The notes below the pieces were generated by a model that was not told the DNA's origin, searched no databases, and saw nothing but the letters and a program-made list of their open reading frames with translations. From Eledone cirrhosa (taxonomy: Eukaryota): a stretch of DNA of 64,000 nt. Positions 30,960 to 43,984 of this stretch are shown one piece after another. The stretch covers positions 10,651 to 74,650 of the forward strand of contig CAXHJY010000671.1 in NCBI GenBank assembly GCA_964016885.1. Reading direction: 5' to 3'. The number at the start of each line of letters is the position of its first letter. Within the stretch, counting starts at the first letter, position 1. A program made the position numbers and the translations under genes.

Positions 30960-31860
30960 TTACATAATCCCACTAATGCCGATTCTGTCTGCCATCCTTC
31001 CGGCGTCAATAAAATAATGTATCAATCAAGTACTAGGGTCGAAGCAATCAACTTTCCACTCGACATCACCCCCACCACCACCACCGCCGCCGCCACCGCC
31101 GCCACCACCACCACCACGACAACCATCACCTAAAAAAAAAATTGCCGGCCTTTTGCCTAAATTAAAAATAAATCATTATTAGCGGCATAGAGTTAAGGTT
31201 CTTTACGTTCTGAGTTCAAATACCGAAATGGTTAGCTTTGCCTTTCATCCTTACGGGGTCGATAAAATAAAGTACCAGTAATAAACTCGATTTGATTTAA
31301 TTTGACTTTCCCTTCCCCGACTTGCTGATCTTATGCCTAAAGTAGAAACAATTATTTTTATTATTATTTTACAGTCTGTATCGGTAGAGGGTCGATAAAA
31401 TAAAGTACCAGTCATACACTAGGGTCGATTTAATTGACTCCCCTCTCCTTTCCTTCAAATTGCTGGTCTTGTGCCTAGAGTAGAAACAATTATTTTTATT
31501 AATTCTGAGAAGAAAACCTTTTAGCAACACGCTGCCATTATTTGTGTACGATCTGAGTTCAAATCCCGCCGAGGTTGACTTTGCCTTTCATCCTTACGGG
31601 GTCGATAAAATAAAGTACCAGTAATACACTGGGTAATTGCTGGCCTTGTGCCAAAAGTAGAAACAATTATTTGTGGATTGGCAGTATCGGTAGAGAGTCG
31701 GACGCCATGCTTTCCAGCATAGTTACGTCCCTTTACGGTCTGAGTTCAAATCCCGCCGAGGTTAACTTTGCCTTTCATCCTTACGGGGTCGATAAAATAA
31801 AGTACCAGTAATGTACTTTGTAATTGCTGGCCTTGTGCCAAAAGTAGAAACAATTATTTA
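30960..31860 (+). mobile_element. Head-to-tail cluster of ~5 SINE copies (Meta/MESC-like family)
   Basis: gtcgataaaataaagtaccag recurs; 3' ends (...gtagaaacaattatt or degenerate) near 31170, 31350, 31490, 31670 and 31855. Confidence 0.85.
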
Positions 31861-32667
31861 TATATTTTATAATGTTATTATTTTTACTTGGGGGGGGGGG
31901 GTTGAGGTTTTTTTTTTTTTGTTCATTTTAATCCTTTCTCGGCTTCCCTTAAAACTAAACCAAATTCTTCACACTGAAGATGTGAAAAACAGCAGGAGAA
32001 TGGGATTGATTATTTATCTAAAGCCCAGAGTTTTACAAGACATTTACATTTTCTTCATGTACAGCTAATTTCATAGGCGCTTTTATTTCGTTTGTTATTG
32101 TCATTTTTTTTTTTTTTGTTTATTTGTTTATTTTATTTTATTTTATTTATTTACTTATTTATTATTATTTTCTTTTCTTTTTTTTGGGGGGGGGGGGGGG
32201 GTAAATTCTTTTCAGTGACTTTGTTAATAATTTCTTTCGTTCTATCCCAGAAAAAAAGAAGGGGGGAAAGTTTTAAAATGTAAATACTAATAATACTACT
32301 ACTAATAATAATAACAATAACGAAATAACGATTTCTTTATTCACCAAACAATAATAAACTATTGGTGTTAGAAAGGTGTTTGAAATAATCCTTCTTTTAT
32401 GTAAAAGAGTACACATGATTTAAGGTGTGCCTTTACCGAGACGAGTGGAGATGGAGAGAGTCTGTGGTTTCAATTAGCATGTGAAAACGTACGCATATAC
32501 AAACGTACAGACAACACGCCTGCATGTAATTACACACACACATACATACCATACATACACATAAACATACATACACAGACATTAGCGCATACAAATACAC
32601 ACGCTCAAACATACATGCATTTACGTACGCACACAGGTGCATATACAAATACACGTATTCAGACTCA

Positions 32668-32705
<38 letters not shown>

Positions 32706-33743
32706 TATACGTGTGCACACACAATCGCACACATACACAGACATCCGTAAAACAGAAACATGCATACAAACACAGACACACACATATATATACACACACA
32801 CATATACACATATACACAAGCATACACACACACACACATACACATATACACAAACATGCGCACACATACGAATACATACAAGCATACACAAACATACACA
32901 CACAAATACACATACATACAAACATACACAAACACACACACACATATGCACAAACATGCCCACACATCTGTACAAACAAACATACACATACACACACATA
33001 CACAAACATACACCCACACACACATACATACAAACATACACAAACATACACACGTACATATACACAAACATACACACACATACACAAACATACACACACA
33101 AATATACACACATACACATACATACAAACGCACACAAATATAGACACATGCACGTGTAGAAACAGGCTTTCTCAGTAATATTATTGCATTTTTATTTATA
33201 TTTTTAGTTGTTTCATTATTCTGTTTGTTGGAGTTTTTTCTCTTGCTTTCCCTGCTACCCTATTTGTTGTTCTTTTTTTTACTTTCCCTGTTACCAAATT
33301 TGTTCACCCTCAGCCCTCATCCTTAACCTAAGACAAGGAAATGTTGGGGAAATATATAGGTTAAAAAAAAAGGAAGATTTCCAAGCAACATCAAATTCAC
33401 TCTCTCCATTCTCCATTGGAGAAAACAACGACAAGAAAGAAATTCGTAACGAGAAATTTTAAACAAAGAGTAATTTTTTAAAAACATAACTGAAAAGGAT
33501 GTTGTAGCCGAAATATTAGATGGCAAAAGTTCTCAGAATTCAGGAAAAGGTATCCATTAGTGAGACAAAGAGGAAGAAGAAAGCCAAAGAGAAGTAAATT
33601 AAATAAAACATATAGCATCCTCCTTTTCACATCTAGAAAACAATATAAATATATATATATATATATATGTGTGTGTGTATACGTATATATATATATATAT
33701 ATATACGTAACATATATATATATATATGTGTGTGTGTGTATGA

Positions 33744-33808
<65 letters not shown>

Positions 33809-34073
33809 AAACAGTTTACACGTGTTATGTAAAAGATACATCGATACATAGATAGAAAGAGAGAGATACCTCGATAAGTAAATAGATAGATAGATATAGG
33901 ATATAATACAAATGAAAAAGTACAAATACCATGATTCAACATTGTACGCATTACTTTAAAGAAAGTAGAATATAGATATCATTTGAACACACACACATAT
34001 ATATATATGTGTGTATGTGTTCTCGTGTGTGTGCGCTTGTGTGTGTGAGTGTGTCTATAAACGAGTGACAGTT

Positions 34074-34109
<36 letters not shown>

Positions 34110-34402
34110 AACACATAGGCACGCATACATACACATATACTCACACACACATATACATACATATGGTGAGCGAAATCGGGAATTATTTTTTAAATTAAAA
34201 TCTGATGTGTTATCAGCATCGTATCATTTTCATACACACATACACATACACACACACACACACATTGACACACACACTCACACATACCCAAATACTTACA
34301 TACACATGCACTCACATACACACACACTCAGGCATACACATACACACATACACATATTTTCTCACACACACACACACAGACACATTCACACATTCACACA
34401 AC

Positions 34403-35055
34403 CAGCACATCCCCCAGCGAGACCAGCCAAGCTCATAGATGTTATCTAACCATCTTACTCTGGGTCCACCCCTGGGCCTCCTGCCGGCTGGTTTTACCCG
34501 TAAAATCTGTCCAGCAATTCTTTCCTGAGTCATTCTACCAACATGCCCATAGTATCGGGGTTGTGATCTCTCAATTCGGAGAAGTAGTGGCTCTACCTGG
34601 TGTGACTCTCTGATCTCCGAGCTACAGATCTGTCCAGCGATTCTTTCCTGAGATATTCTAACCACATGTCAGCAGTATCGGATCTGTGATTTCTCAATTC
34701 AGAGAAGTAGCGGCTCTACCTAGAGTGACTCTGATCTCCGAGCTACAGATCTGTCCAGCGATTCTTTCCTGAGACATTCTAACCACATGTCAGCAGTATC
34801 GGATCTGTGATTTCTCAATTCAGAGAAGTAGCGGTTCTACCTAGAGTGACTCTGATCTCCGAGCTACAGATCTGTCCAGCGATTCTTTTCTGAGACATTC
34901 TAACCATATGTAGGTAGTATCTGAGCTGTGATCTATCAATTCGGAGAAGTAGCGTCTCTACCTGGAGAGACTCTCTTATCTCCGAGCTACGCACTCTGTC
35001 GAGTAACGTTACTCCAAGGACGCCTCGCGGGAACCCGATTTCAGCTGTTTGTAGT
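34403..35055 (-). pseudogene. RTE-clade LINE C-terminal fragment with 4x internal ~121-bp tandem repeat
   Basis: GVTLLDRVRSSEIRESLQV...LLLRIERSQ.RYYGHV.RM...GRRPRGGPRVRWLDNI; units start at 34505, 34628, 34749 and 34870. Confidence 0.85.
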
Positions 35056-35602
35056 TACTCCATAAATGAAAAAATTTATGAAATGTGTGATACATTTTTT
35101 TAGTTAATTTATATACCTGTTTTTTTTTTTGTTTATAATTATAGGACTTAAAACCATTAAGACAAGTTTTTTTTTATAGCCCTATGCAATTTCATGGTAG
35201 CTTTCGCTTTAATTTGAAAGAACTTTTACTGATGATAACCACACAACGCGTTTTCTAACGTGCTTACTTATACTTTTTTCCTTCAACAAATGGAATCTTT
35301 GCCAAGGTCTTTAAAATGAGATCAGTTTTGAACATGTCTCAGGTCTTTCAACTTTGTTGTGCCATGCCTACTGCCAAACAATCAGTCATTGCAGAGAGAA
35401 AAGGAAAAGGAATTGAATAAATACCCCCCAAACCCCACCCCTCCAAAAAAAAGCAAAATGGACTCCACCAACAATAATATAATAAATAAATAAATAAATA
35501 AATAGATAAATGAAAGTAATATATTTGTTGCATAATCCATCATGTTACATTATTTATTTCTTATATATTGATTCCCTTTATTTATTCATGTTTGTGCATG
35601 TG

Positions 35603-35633
<31 letters not shown>

Positions 35634-35721
35634 GTGTGTAAATATATATATGTATATATATACATAAATGTATATATATATGAACATATATATATATAAA
35701 TATATACATTTATATATAAAT

Positions 35722-35755
<34 letters not shown>

Positions 35756-35790
35756 CTAGATAAATATATATGTATATAAATATATATGTA

Positions 35791-35929
<139 letters not shown>

Positions 35930-36454
35930 GTGTATGTGTTATTTATTTAATTGTTTGGTCTTTTTGAAGAGAAAATGTATTGGATTCCAAAGGATTCCTG
36001 CTGTCAGAGAATCTTGGTATTTTCTTTGTATATGTGTGTGTACATGTGTGTATATATGTGTCCATGTGTATATGTATGTATACACATACACTCACACAGA
36101 TAAGCATTCACATTAACACACAGAAACTGATTATATGCGAATAGGCCTATATGTGAGTGTGTCTGTGTATTGTGTGTTTATGTGTGTGAAGGGGGGGGTG
36201 TATCTACGTGTGTCATTTTGAAAATAAAAAAAATTAAATTAAATAATCTAAAATTTACTGTATATATATATATATATACAGAAAAAAGAGAGAAAGAAAT
36301 AAAAAGGAAAAGAATAAATTTTTCTTCCTAATAATCGTATTTTTCTCCCTGATATATATATTGTTATATTTGGGGAGGGTCATATTGTTATAATATTGCC
36401 AGAAATATTAACACACTCATTGTTTGGTTGGTTTTCGCGAAAACCACCAGAAGG

Positions 36455-36549
36455 CTGAGCTCAAGCCGTTTCGACGGCTATTTTCTGAGTCCAGAAATAG
36501 CCGTCTAAACGGCTTGAGCTCTACCGTCGGGGTCATACTTTTTCCTATA
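36455..36549. mobile_element. Family B fold-back fragment
   Basis: gagctcaagccgtttcgacggcta...tagccgtctaaacggcttgagctc inverted pair. Confidence 0.65.
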
Positions 36550-36848
36550 TATACATATATAATAGAAAAAAAATAGAAAATACTAGAATGTACACCCCAG
36601 TACCAACATCAATAAACCTGAAAGACCCACACCACACCCTTCGTGGGAAGAATGTGGGTTTCAGATTAATCCAGGTGTAACCATTTGTAATTATTTCGCA
36701 GTTGACTTAATGGTGTGAGAGTGATGTATTACTTACTGACATCCCCACTACCACCACCATCACCATAACCACCACCACTACCACCACCACCACCACTTGC
36801 CACCGCCACCACCTCTACCTATCTATCTCGTGTTATTATTTTTACACA

Positions 36849-37035
36849 AGGGGCGGTGAATTGGCAATATCGTAGCGGGTCGGACGCCATGCTTTGACGC
36901 ATAGAGTTACGGCCCTTGCCATTCTGAGTTCAAATCCCGCCGAGGTTAACTTTGCCTTTCATCCTTACGGGGTCGATAAAATAAAGTACCAGTAATGCAC
37001 TGGCAATTGCTGGCCTTGTGCCAAAAGTAGAAACA
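36849..37035 (+). mobile_element. Full-length tRNA-derived SINE with TSD
   Basis: B-box gagttcaaatcc; TSD gttattattt(t/a)tacaca at 36832-36848 and 37036-37052. Confidence 0.85.
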
Positions 37036-37714
37036 GTTATTATTTATACACACTTTCCTCTACACCCCATACATCTCATTCTACATTTCCTCCTACTTCT
37101 CTCTCATCACCACCTGATGTTGTTACCCGGAGATTTACCCATCTGCATTGTTGAGGCTTCCAAAACGACCAATTTTATTATTCCACAATGCTTCAAGCAA
37201 ACTTCAACACTCTCATATATATATGTATGTATATATATATATAATAATAAAATATAGAGAAAAATACTGCAGGTAGCACATGGATAACATGTAATAAAAT
37301 GAGTCCCTCATCAGTGATTTGCCGACGATCATCGATATTTCATTGCATTAAAAATCATATACCTCACGTCGGTGCAATAATAACCAAAATAAGTTATTAG
37401 GACAATTGAAACGCGTAAAGCGAGTGAGACAGGAGAACAACACAGAGTATAGCTAACCGTAGGGGAAAGAAACAAGCTTCAAAATTATTCTGTTTAGCAT
37501 AAGCTAGGTGAATATATGAGCTTTTAGAAAACAGACCTGACACGAACTCTGGCCATGTGAGAAGAGAGAAAAATAGCCTTCGTGGTGTACAGGATGAAAT
37601 GAAGAGAAGAGAAACAGTGAGTGAGTGAAAGTGTGAGGAAGAGTTAACTGACATGACAGAGGGGGAGAAACAGAGAGACTGGGGGAGCAGTAAGAGAGAG
37701 AGAGAAAAAAACAC

Positions 37715-37749
<35 letters not shown>

Positions 37750-37819
37750 AAAATGGAACGGGAACAGAGCAGAGAGGCAGTACAAACAACGTTTCACTCT
37801 CTTGAAAGTGTGGGGGGGG

Positions 37820-37848
37820 GACGTTTCAGGCATAAGCCCTTCTTCAGG
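37820..37848 (-). ncRNA. Minimal hammerhead core remnant
   Basis: CTGAAGA-a-gggc-ttat-gcct-GAAACGTC on the minus strand; stem I does not pair. Confidence 0.4.
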
Positions 37849-38009
37849 CGAAAGGGCGGTGGGAAGAGAGTTCCGAGGGTGTGTGGGGGAGTGGTGGAGA
37901 GACATTTAGAAAAAAGGAGGGGAAAGGGAGGAAAAACGGTGGAAGTGGTACAAATAAAAATAAAAATAAACATGAAGATAAACAAGTGGTGGAAACAAGT
38001 ATATATATA

Positions 38010-38047
<38 letters not shown>

Positions 38048-38228
38048 CATGCATGTATATATATATTATACGTAAACAGATAGTCTACTGAGAATATGAT
38101 ATATTTAATTTTTAAGTCGGTCAGCCAAAACGAGATTGGATTCCACTATAAATTTGAACAAACGTTAATATCTGTATTTTCCTCAGTTAATATAGAAATA
38201 TGTAGGTTTATATACATATATATGTGTG

Positions 38229-38260
<32 letters not shown>

Positions 38261-38447
38261 CAATTGCGTGTGGGAAGTAAGCTTTATGTATATATAGTCT
38301 AGGCAAAAATGAAATATATAACTATCCAAGTGGATTAAAATCCATCATTCTGAAACATAGAAAGTCAGACATACTGACACACATTCATGAATGATGTGTA
38401 GGTCGGTATGTAGTACATATATGCGTATCATATATGTATATATACAT

Positions 38448-38486
<39 letters not shown>

Positions 38487-38490
38487 GATG

Positions 38491-38541
38491 AGATTCTACA
38501 GGACTAGAACTGTTTCATTCTTTAGAAATCATCAGGAATCT
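38491..38541 (-). ncRNA. Type-I hammerhead ribozyme, family A
   Basis: agattc CTGATGA t-ttc-taaa-gaa-t GAA acag-ttctagtc-ctgt A gaatct. GUA site. Stem I differs from the gcttc/gaagc copies but still pairs. Confidence 0.8.
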
Positions 38542-38840
38542 GGGTATCAAAAAATAAATATGGTATTTATAGGTCTCTACAAGTGGTAGGAGAGGGTGGG
38601 GAGTGGGATGGGTGTAGGTCATTGGTTGATAGAAAAGGGAATTCATTAAAAGCTAATTCTACAAAGCTATAGTTTATTTTTATTAATTTTTGTTTTTAGT
38701 AACAATATATATAATGTAATCTGAGTTTTTCGAACATTAATAATAATATTATTCGGTTGCTTTGCAATTATGCAAATAAGCCTCATTTTTAAAGCCATGT
38801 CAGTAGAATGAGCCCCTCATTCTTGCTCTTGCGTTGGCAT

Positions 38841-38906
38841 GTAAACAGAACTGCAGACATTGATGTTTCTGGGTATTACCCTTCATCAGTACAGTTCACT
38901 GTTCAC
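38841..38906 (-). ncRNA. Type-I hammerhead ribozyme, single-copy family
   Basis: gtgaaca-gt-gaactgta CTGATGA a-gggt-aat-accc-a GAA acat-ca-atgt C tgcagttc-tgtttac. GUC site, 8-bp stem I plus extension. Confidence 0.8.
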
Positions 38907-38949
38907 CTGCCAACAGTCAGAGCTAGTGAATTTTTTATCTTTTTTTTTC

Positions 38950-38988
<39 letters not shown>

Positions 38989-39100
38989 GCACATACATAC
39001 ATAGAAATATACTAGTGTAATTATAAACATATATGATCCGTTTATACACATATATATATATAGACGGAATGTAAGCGGATAGCTCGTTAAACTTAATTCT

Positions 39101-39208
<108 letters not shown>

Positions 39209-39391
39209 TATGTGTATTTATATATATATATATATATGCGTGTGTGTCTGTGTATGTAAATATATATATATAGTTGGTAAATGATATATATGTGTTTGAA
39301 TGCGTATGTCTACGTATAAATGAGTGTATGGTCGTGTGTGCAGAAGTATGTATGCATATGTGTGTATAAGTGTCTGTGCAAATAGTATGTG

Positions 39392-39438
<47 letters not shown>

Positions 39439-39974
39439 TAAATAATTATTGGATTAATTTAACAGAATTAATTCCGCAAAGATCAATATCTTAATGTAAT
39501 TTAGATATCGATTTTGTTCAATATCGACTCTTATCTCTTATCTTGCTACATTTATTTAAGACGTCCAAATATTTCTAACTTGGCAGTTGAGATTGTCTGT
39601 CAAGACAATACAATTCAATCTGGATAGAAACTATACACTGTATCCTATCGTAATAGTATAGAAAATTGAAAATTACTTTTGAACGATAAGGACATAGATT
39701 TAGTAGTGAATATATTGTTACATAGAATATATTGTTCGAGGACATCCGTCCGTAGCGACGATGTGTGTTCCAGTTGTTTGAACATTGGAAAATCCTTTTC
39801 GTGAAATTAACAAGCATATGACTGAGTATTCCATAGTTCCAAGCATGCTAAGATGACTGGAACAAAGTGAAGCAACGCGTCGTCAGGAATCAAACGATCT
39901 TTAACTAAATCCCCTAATCTCCAAGCCTCGCTCCTTCACAACTGTGGATATCTATTTATGGACATACGTAATGA

Positions 39975-40670
39975 TTAAGGATTTCACGGCCAGTGTCATT
40001 TACCATAGTTTCGTGTTGATCAGTAACCGCATCTGTATCAGTGAACTGCTCAATATTATCAAACTTAGGCGGTGGATTGGCAGCGTCGGTAGAGGGTCGG
40101 ACGCCATGCTTTCCAGCATAGTTACGTCCCTTTACGATCTGAGTTCAAATCCCGCCGAGGTTGACTTTGCCTTTCATCCTTACGGGGTCGATAAAATAAA
40201 GTACCAGTGATGCACTGGGTAATTGCTGGCCTTGTGCCTAAAGTAGAAACAATTATCAAACTTATACCAATTACATCAATTGTCAACTCAAGAGTACTGA
40301 AACTATACGGCCATATAAAAAGATCAACTCGTGGTGTGAGTAGGTTATGCCTGGAAGGAAGGTTGGCTGGTAAGAGAAGCAGAGGCTGGAAACCAAAACA
40401 ATGACTTGACAATGTCAACTGAACTTGATCTTTGCTCTTTAAAATCTGCTGCTGGTGATCGAAAGGTATTATATATTGCTGGAAGAAATGTTGGCCGGTA
40501 AGATAAGCAAAGGCCGGCAGCCAAAACGATGGCTTGATAATGTCAATTTATGGACTGGACTTGATCTTTGTTCTTTAAACTCTGCTGCTGGTGATCGAAC
40601 TTTGTGGAGAGAGATATCTCATGTTAATGCGCATTCTGCAACTGGCGGAGTTTAGCGTCTAAAGAAGAAG
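39975..40670 (+). pseudogene. RTE-clade LINE 3' end, interrupted by a SINE, with an internal duplication
   Basis: RVLKLYGHIKR...LEGRLAGKRSRG and a second LEEMLAGKISKGRQPKRWLDNV...AAGDRTLWR; short AAG tail. The 5' boundary is approximate. Confidence 0.8.
40068..40251 (+). mobile_element. Full-length tRNA-derived SINE, short subfamily, perfect 13-bp TSD
   Basis: TSD attatcaaactta at 40055-40067 and 40252-40264; A-box-like tggcagcgtcggt, B-box gagttcaaatcc, central gcctttcatccttacggggtcgataaa. Confidence 0.9.
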
Positions 40671-40884
40671 CGTATTGATCTGAAGTGACATAAGTTAAGG
40701 TGTTAAATTGGTTAGACCGAAGCTGTTTCGAAAATTGGCGGATGTATACGACTACTCATACAACACACACACACCATATATCTATATGTATTTATGTGTG
40801 TGTGTTTGTGGGTGGGTGGGTGCATATGTATGTGTATATGTTGCAGGAGAGTTTTGTGTGTTGTATTACGTATCGAAAAGTGTG

Positions 40885-40969
<85 letters not shown>

Positions 40970-41123
40970 AAAATGAAAATAATAGGCTGCCCGTTGCAAA
41001 TGGTGGGGCATGTGAAAAAGTAGGTCCTTCATCAGTGACCCTCCAACCGTCCCAGGCATTTCATCGCTTTAAGGGCCATATGCCTCAGGTTGGTGCGAAC
41101 AACGGCTAACGACGATATATATA

Positions 41124-41382
41124 TCGTTTCTGAATTTGTTTAGCAAGATTCTTTATCTGAAATCGTGTGTTGAAACCGATATTGTTATACTTTGGGAGGG
41201 TCATGTAACGAAAGGACTATGACTATATATAAACAACTATCTGGTTGTGGAACCAACCAACCAACCAGAAATTTATAAGTTTGTAGATTTGTAAATTTAT
41301 AAATGTATAAATATATAATAAATTGAAGTGAAAGCAACTGGTGCGTGTGTTTCTTATTGGCAACATGACCCTCCCAAAGTAT

Positions 41383-41391
<9 letters not shown>
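41124..41391. mobile_element. Family F inverted-arm element (paralog at 63449-63680)
   Basis: attgttatactttgggagggtcatgt / acatgaccctcccaaagtataacaat inverted pair. A minus-strand ggagggtca-CTGATGA-aggacc half motif lies nearby at 41022-41044. Confidence 0.65.
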
Positions 41392-41429
<38 letters not shown>

Positions 41430-41533
41430 TATATATGTGTGTGTGTGTATGTGTGTGTGTGTCTGTGTGTGTGTGTGTGTGTTTGTGTGTGGTCTTCTCT
41501 GTCTTCTCATTGCAAACACACACACACTTTATC

Positions 41534-41586
<53 letters not shown>

Positions 41587-41627
41587 ATCTATATCTATCT
41601 ATTTCTCCCTCTCTCTCCCTCTCTCTA

Positions 41628-41670
<43 letters not shown>

Positions 41671-42243
41671 CAGCAAGCTTCCCTACATTACACTACACTG
41701 CACTGCAATGGACATCATGGAATCAGAGACGCCAATTTTATGGCGCTCCTCGTTCACATATTTACCTCTTTACTGCCCCAAGTTATCCATGAACGTTTGC
41801 ATGAATAAATTCCTTCGAATACAAATATCAATATATAAATAATATAAATACCATAAAAATATCTAAAAGGATAAAAAAAAAAAGGCTTTATTGTGTGATT
41901 GTTTTGTAAATTTTCCAGATAAAATTACTTCCAGAATCTAGGGAAATTCAAGGGATAAAAACTTTTTGAAAACAAACAGAAATGAATTTCTGTTCTTTAA
42001 GATTGGAAAATCCTACGTGATCAACTGCATTTACCATATGATTGATATAAACGAATTACTTGTGTTTATTTTATTTCAGCTGCATTGTAGTATTTAAGTT
42101 AGAAAGATGTTTATCAAAAACTGTGTTGTAGTGGAACTACTAAGAAACTAAGCTTATGGAATTGTTAGAATAAGAGCGATAAGGCGAAAAACGATAAGAC
42201 AATAGAGGCGAAGAAAAAAAGGAAGTACTACAATAGAAGCTCT

Positions 42244-42375
<132 letters not shown>

Positions 42376-42403
42376 GGTGGGTGTTTATCTTTGTGTGTGT
42401 ATG

Positions 42404-42487
<84 letters not shown>

Positions 42488-42813
42488 AAGCTTAAGTGAA
42501 ATTAGAAGAGTAAAATAGGCAACGAATATTTATATATATATATTTATATATATATAGATATATATAGATATATATATATATATATATACACACACATATT
42601 TATATAATATATCTGTGTGTATATGATAGAGTGATAAAGAGGTGGGGCTGAGAAAGACAGAGCACTCTTCTGTCTCGAACTGGAAAAGTGAAGATAACAC
42701 TAGATGAAATTATGAATACACACCTTCAATGTCTTTATTATATATCAACACACGCACACACACATACAAACACATACACTCACATACACATACACACACA
42801 GTCTCATACACAT

Positions 42814-42848
<35 letters not shown>

Positions 42849-42919
42849 CATAGATATGTGTGTGTATATATATATGTATACATTTATATATACACTTATA
42901 TGTATATATGTATATATGT

Positions 42920-43346
42920 ATAATATATAAGATCAAAAGATGGTTAAAGGAGTTCCATGTATTTTATTATGCGCATTTCAAAAACAAACATCATCATGCA
43001 ATAATATTTGTGTTTTCATCAGATAAAACAGGAGAACATGATATGAAGGCTAAAAAAAACACTTGTGGATAGTGCAGTTTTAAATCAACATATCAAAACT
43101 GCACTATCCACAAGTGTTTTTTTTAGCCTTCATATCATGTTCTCCTGTTTTATCTGATGAAAACACAAATATTATTGCATGATGATGTTTGTTTTTGAAA
43201 TGCGCATAATAAAATACATGGAACTCCTTTAACCATCTTTTGATCTTATATATTATGTATACTCCAGTCCTACAAACTGTAGAGTGCTTCTTATCCGATA
43301 TCTGCATTGCTTTATTGTACTACAATAAAACTCACCTCCTACATTA
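42920..43346. mobile_element. Family D fold-back element: 162-bp inverted arms, 13-nt loop, 3' tail
   Basis: Arms 42920-43081 and 43095-43256; tail ends ctcacctcctacatta. Confidence 0.9.
43136..43220 (+). ncRNA. Type-I hammerhead ribozyme, family D (mirror copy on minus strand, 42956-43040)
   Basis: CTGATGA at 43154-43160, GAAA at 43197-43200, stem III ATGCGCAT, stem I ttttat/ataaaa. Confidence 0.8.
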
Positions 43347-43435
43347 TGTATATATGTATATATATATATTTATATTCAATGATATTAATTGAATATCCCG
43401 TTTGCCTATATATATTTATATATGTAATATTTATA

Positions 43436-43464
<29 letters not shown>

Positions 43465-43467
<3 letters not shown>

Positions 43468-43660
43468 GGAAAAGCGTCAGAACCCCGACGGCAGAGCTCA
43501 AGCCGTTTCGACAGCTATTTCTGGACTGAAATAGCTGTCGAAACGGCTCGAGCTCTGCCGTCGGGGTTCTGACTCTTTTCCTATTACCCACTCTACTACC
43601 CAAAGTATTGAGTACTCTGATACGTTATGGTCCACCTGGTTCTTTACCACACTTCCTTCG

Positions 43661-43663
<3 letters not shown>
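43465..43663. mobile_element. Family B fold-back element with tail
   Basis: Near-perfect palindrome 43465-43584 centred on tggact; GAAACGGC-9nt-GCCGTC-gggg on both strands. Confidence 0.8.
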
Positions 43664-43725
<62 letters not shown>

Positions 43726-43732
<7 letters not shown>

Positions 43733-43928
43733 GAAGGAGCTTCTACAGGACTAGTACTGTTTCATTCAGATGAAATCTTCAGGAAGCTCAGTGCTTCCTG
43801 AAGATTTCATCTGAATGAAACAGTACTAGTCCTGTAGAAGCTCCTTCTATAAAATAAAAAAATTTTACTCTGCCATGTATTGAGTACCTTACTTACTGTG
43901 GTTATCCCCGACTCAACCCGGGACCTAC

Positions 43929-43929
<1 letters not shown>
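43726..43929. mobile_element. Family A fold-back element
   Basis: Palindrome 43726-43854 with a 5-nt loop tcagt; tail cttactgtggtta...aacccggg shared with 61138-61168. Confidence 0.85.
43793..43841 (+). ncRNA. Type-I hammerhead ribozyme, family A (mirror copy on minus strand, 43737-43789)
   Basis: gcttc CTGAAGA t-ttc-atct-gaa-t GAA acag-tactagtc-ctgt A gaagc; loop III contains the palindrome ACTAGT. Confidence 0.82.

Positions 43930-43974
<45 letters not shown>

Positions 43975-43984
<10 letters not shown>

Noticed and set aside
40068-40160. tRNA gene
   Set aside because: It has A/B boxes but no cloverleaf; it is the head of a SINE with a TSD.
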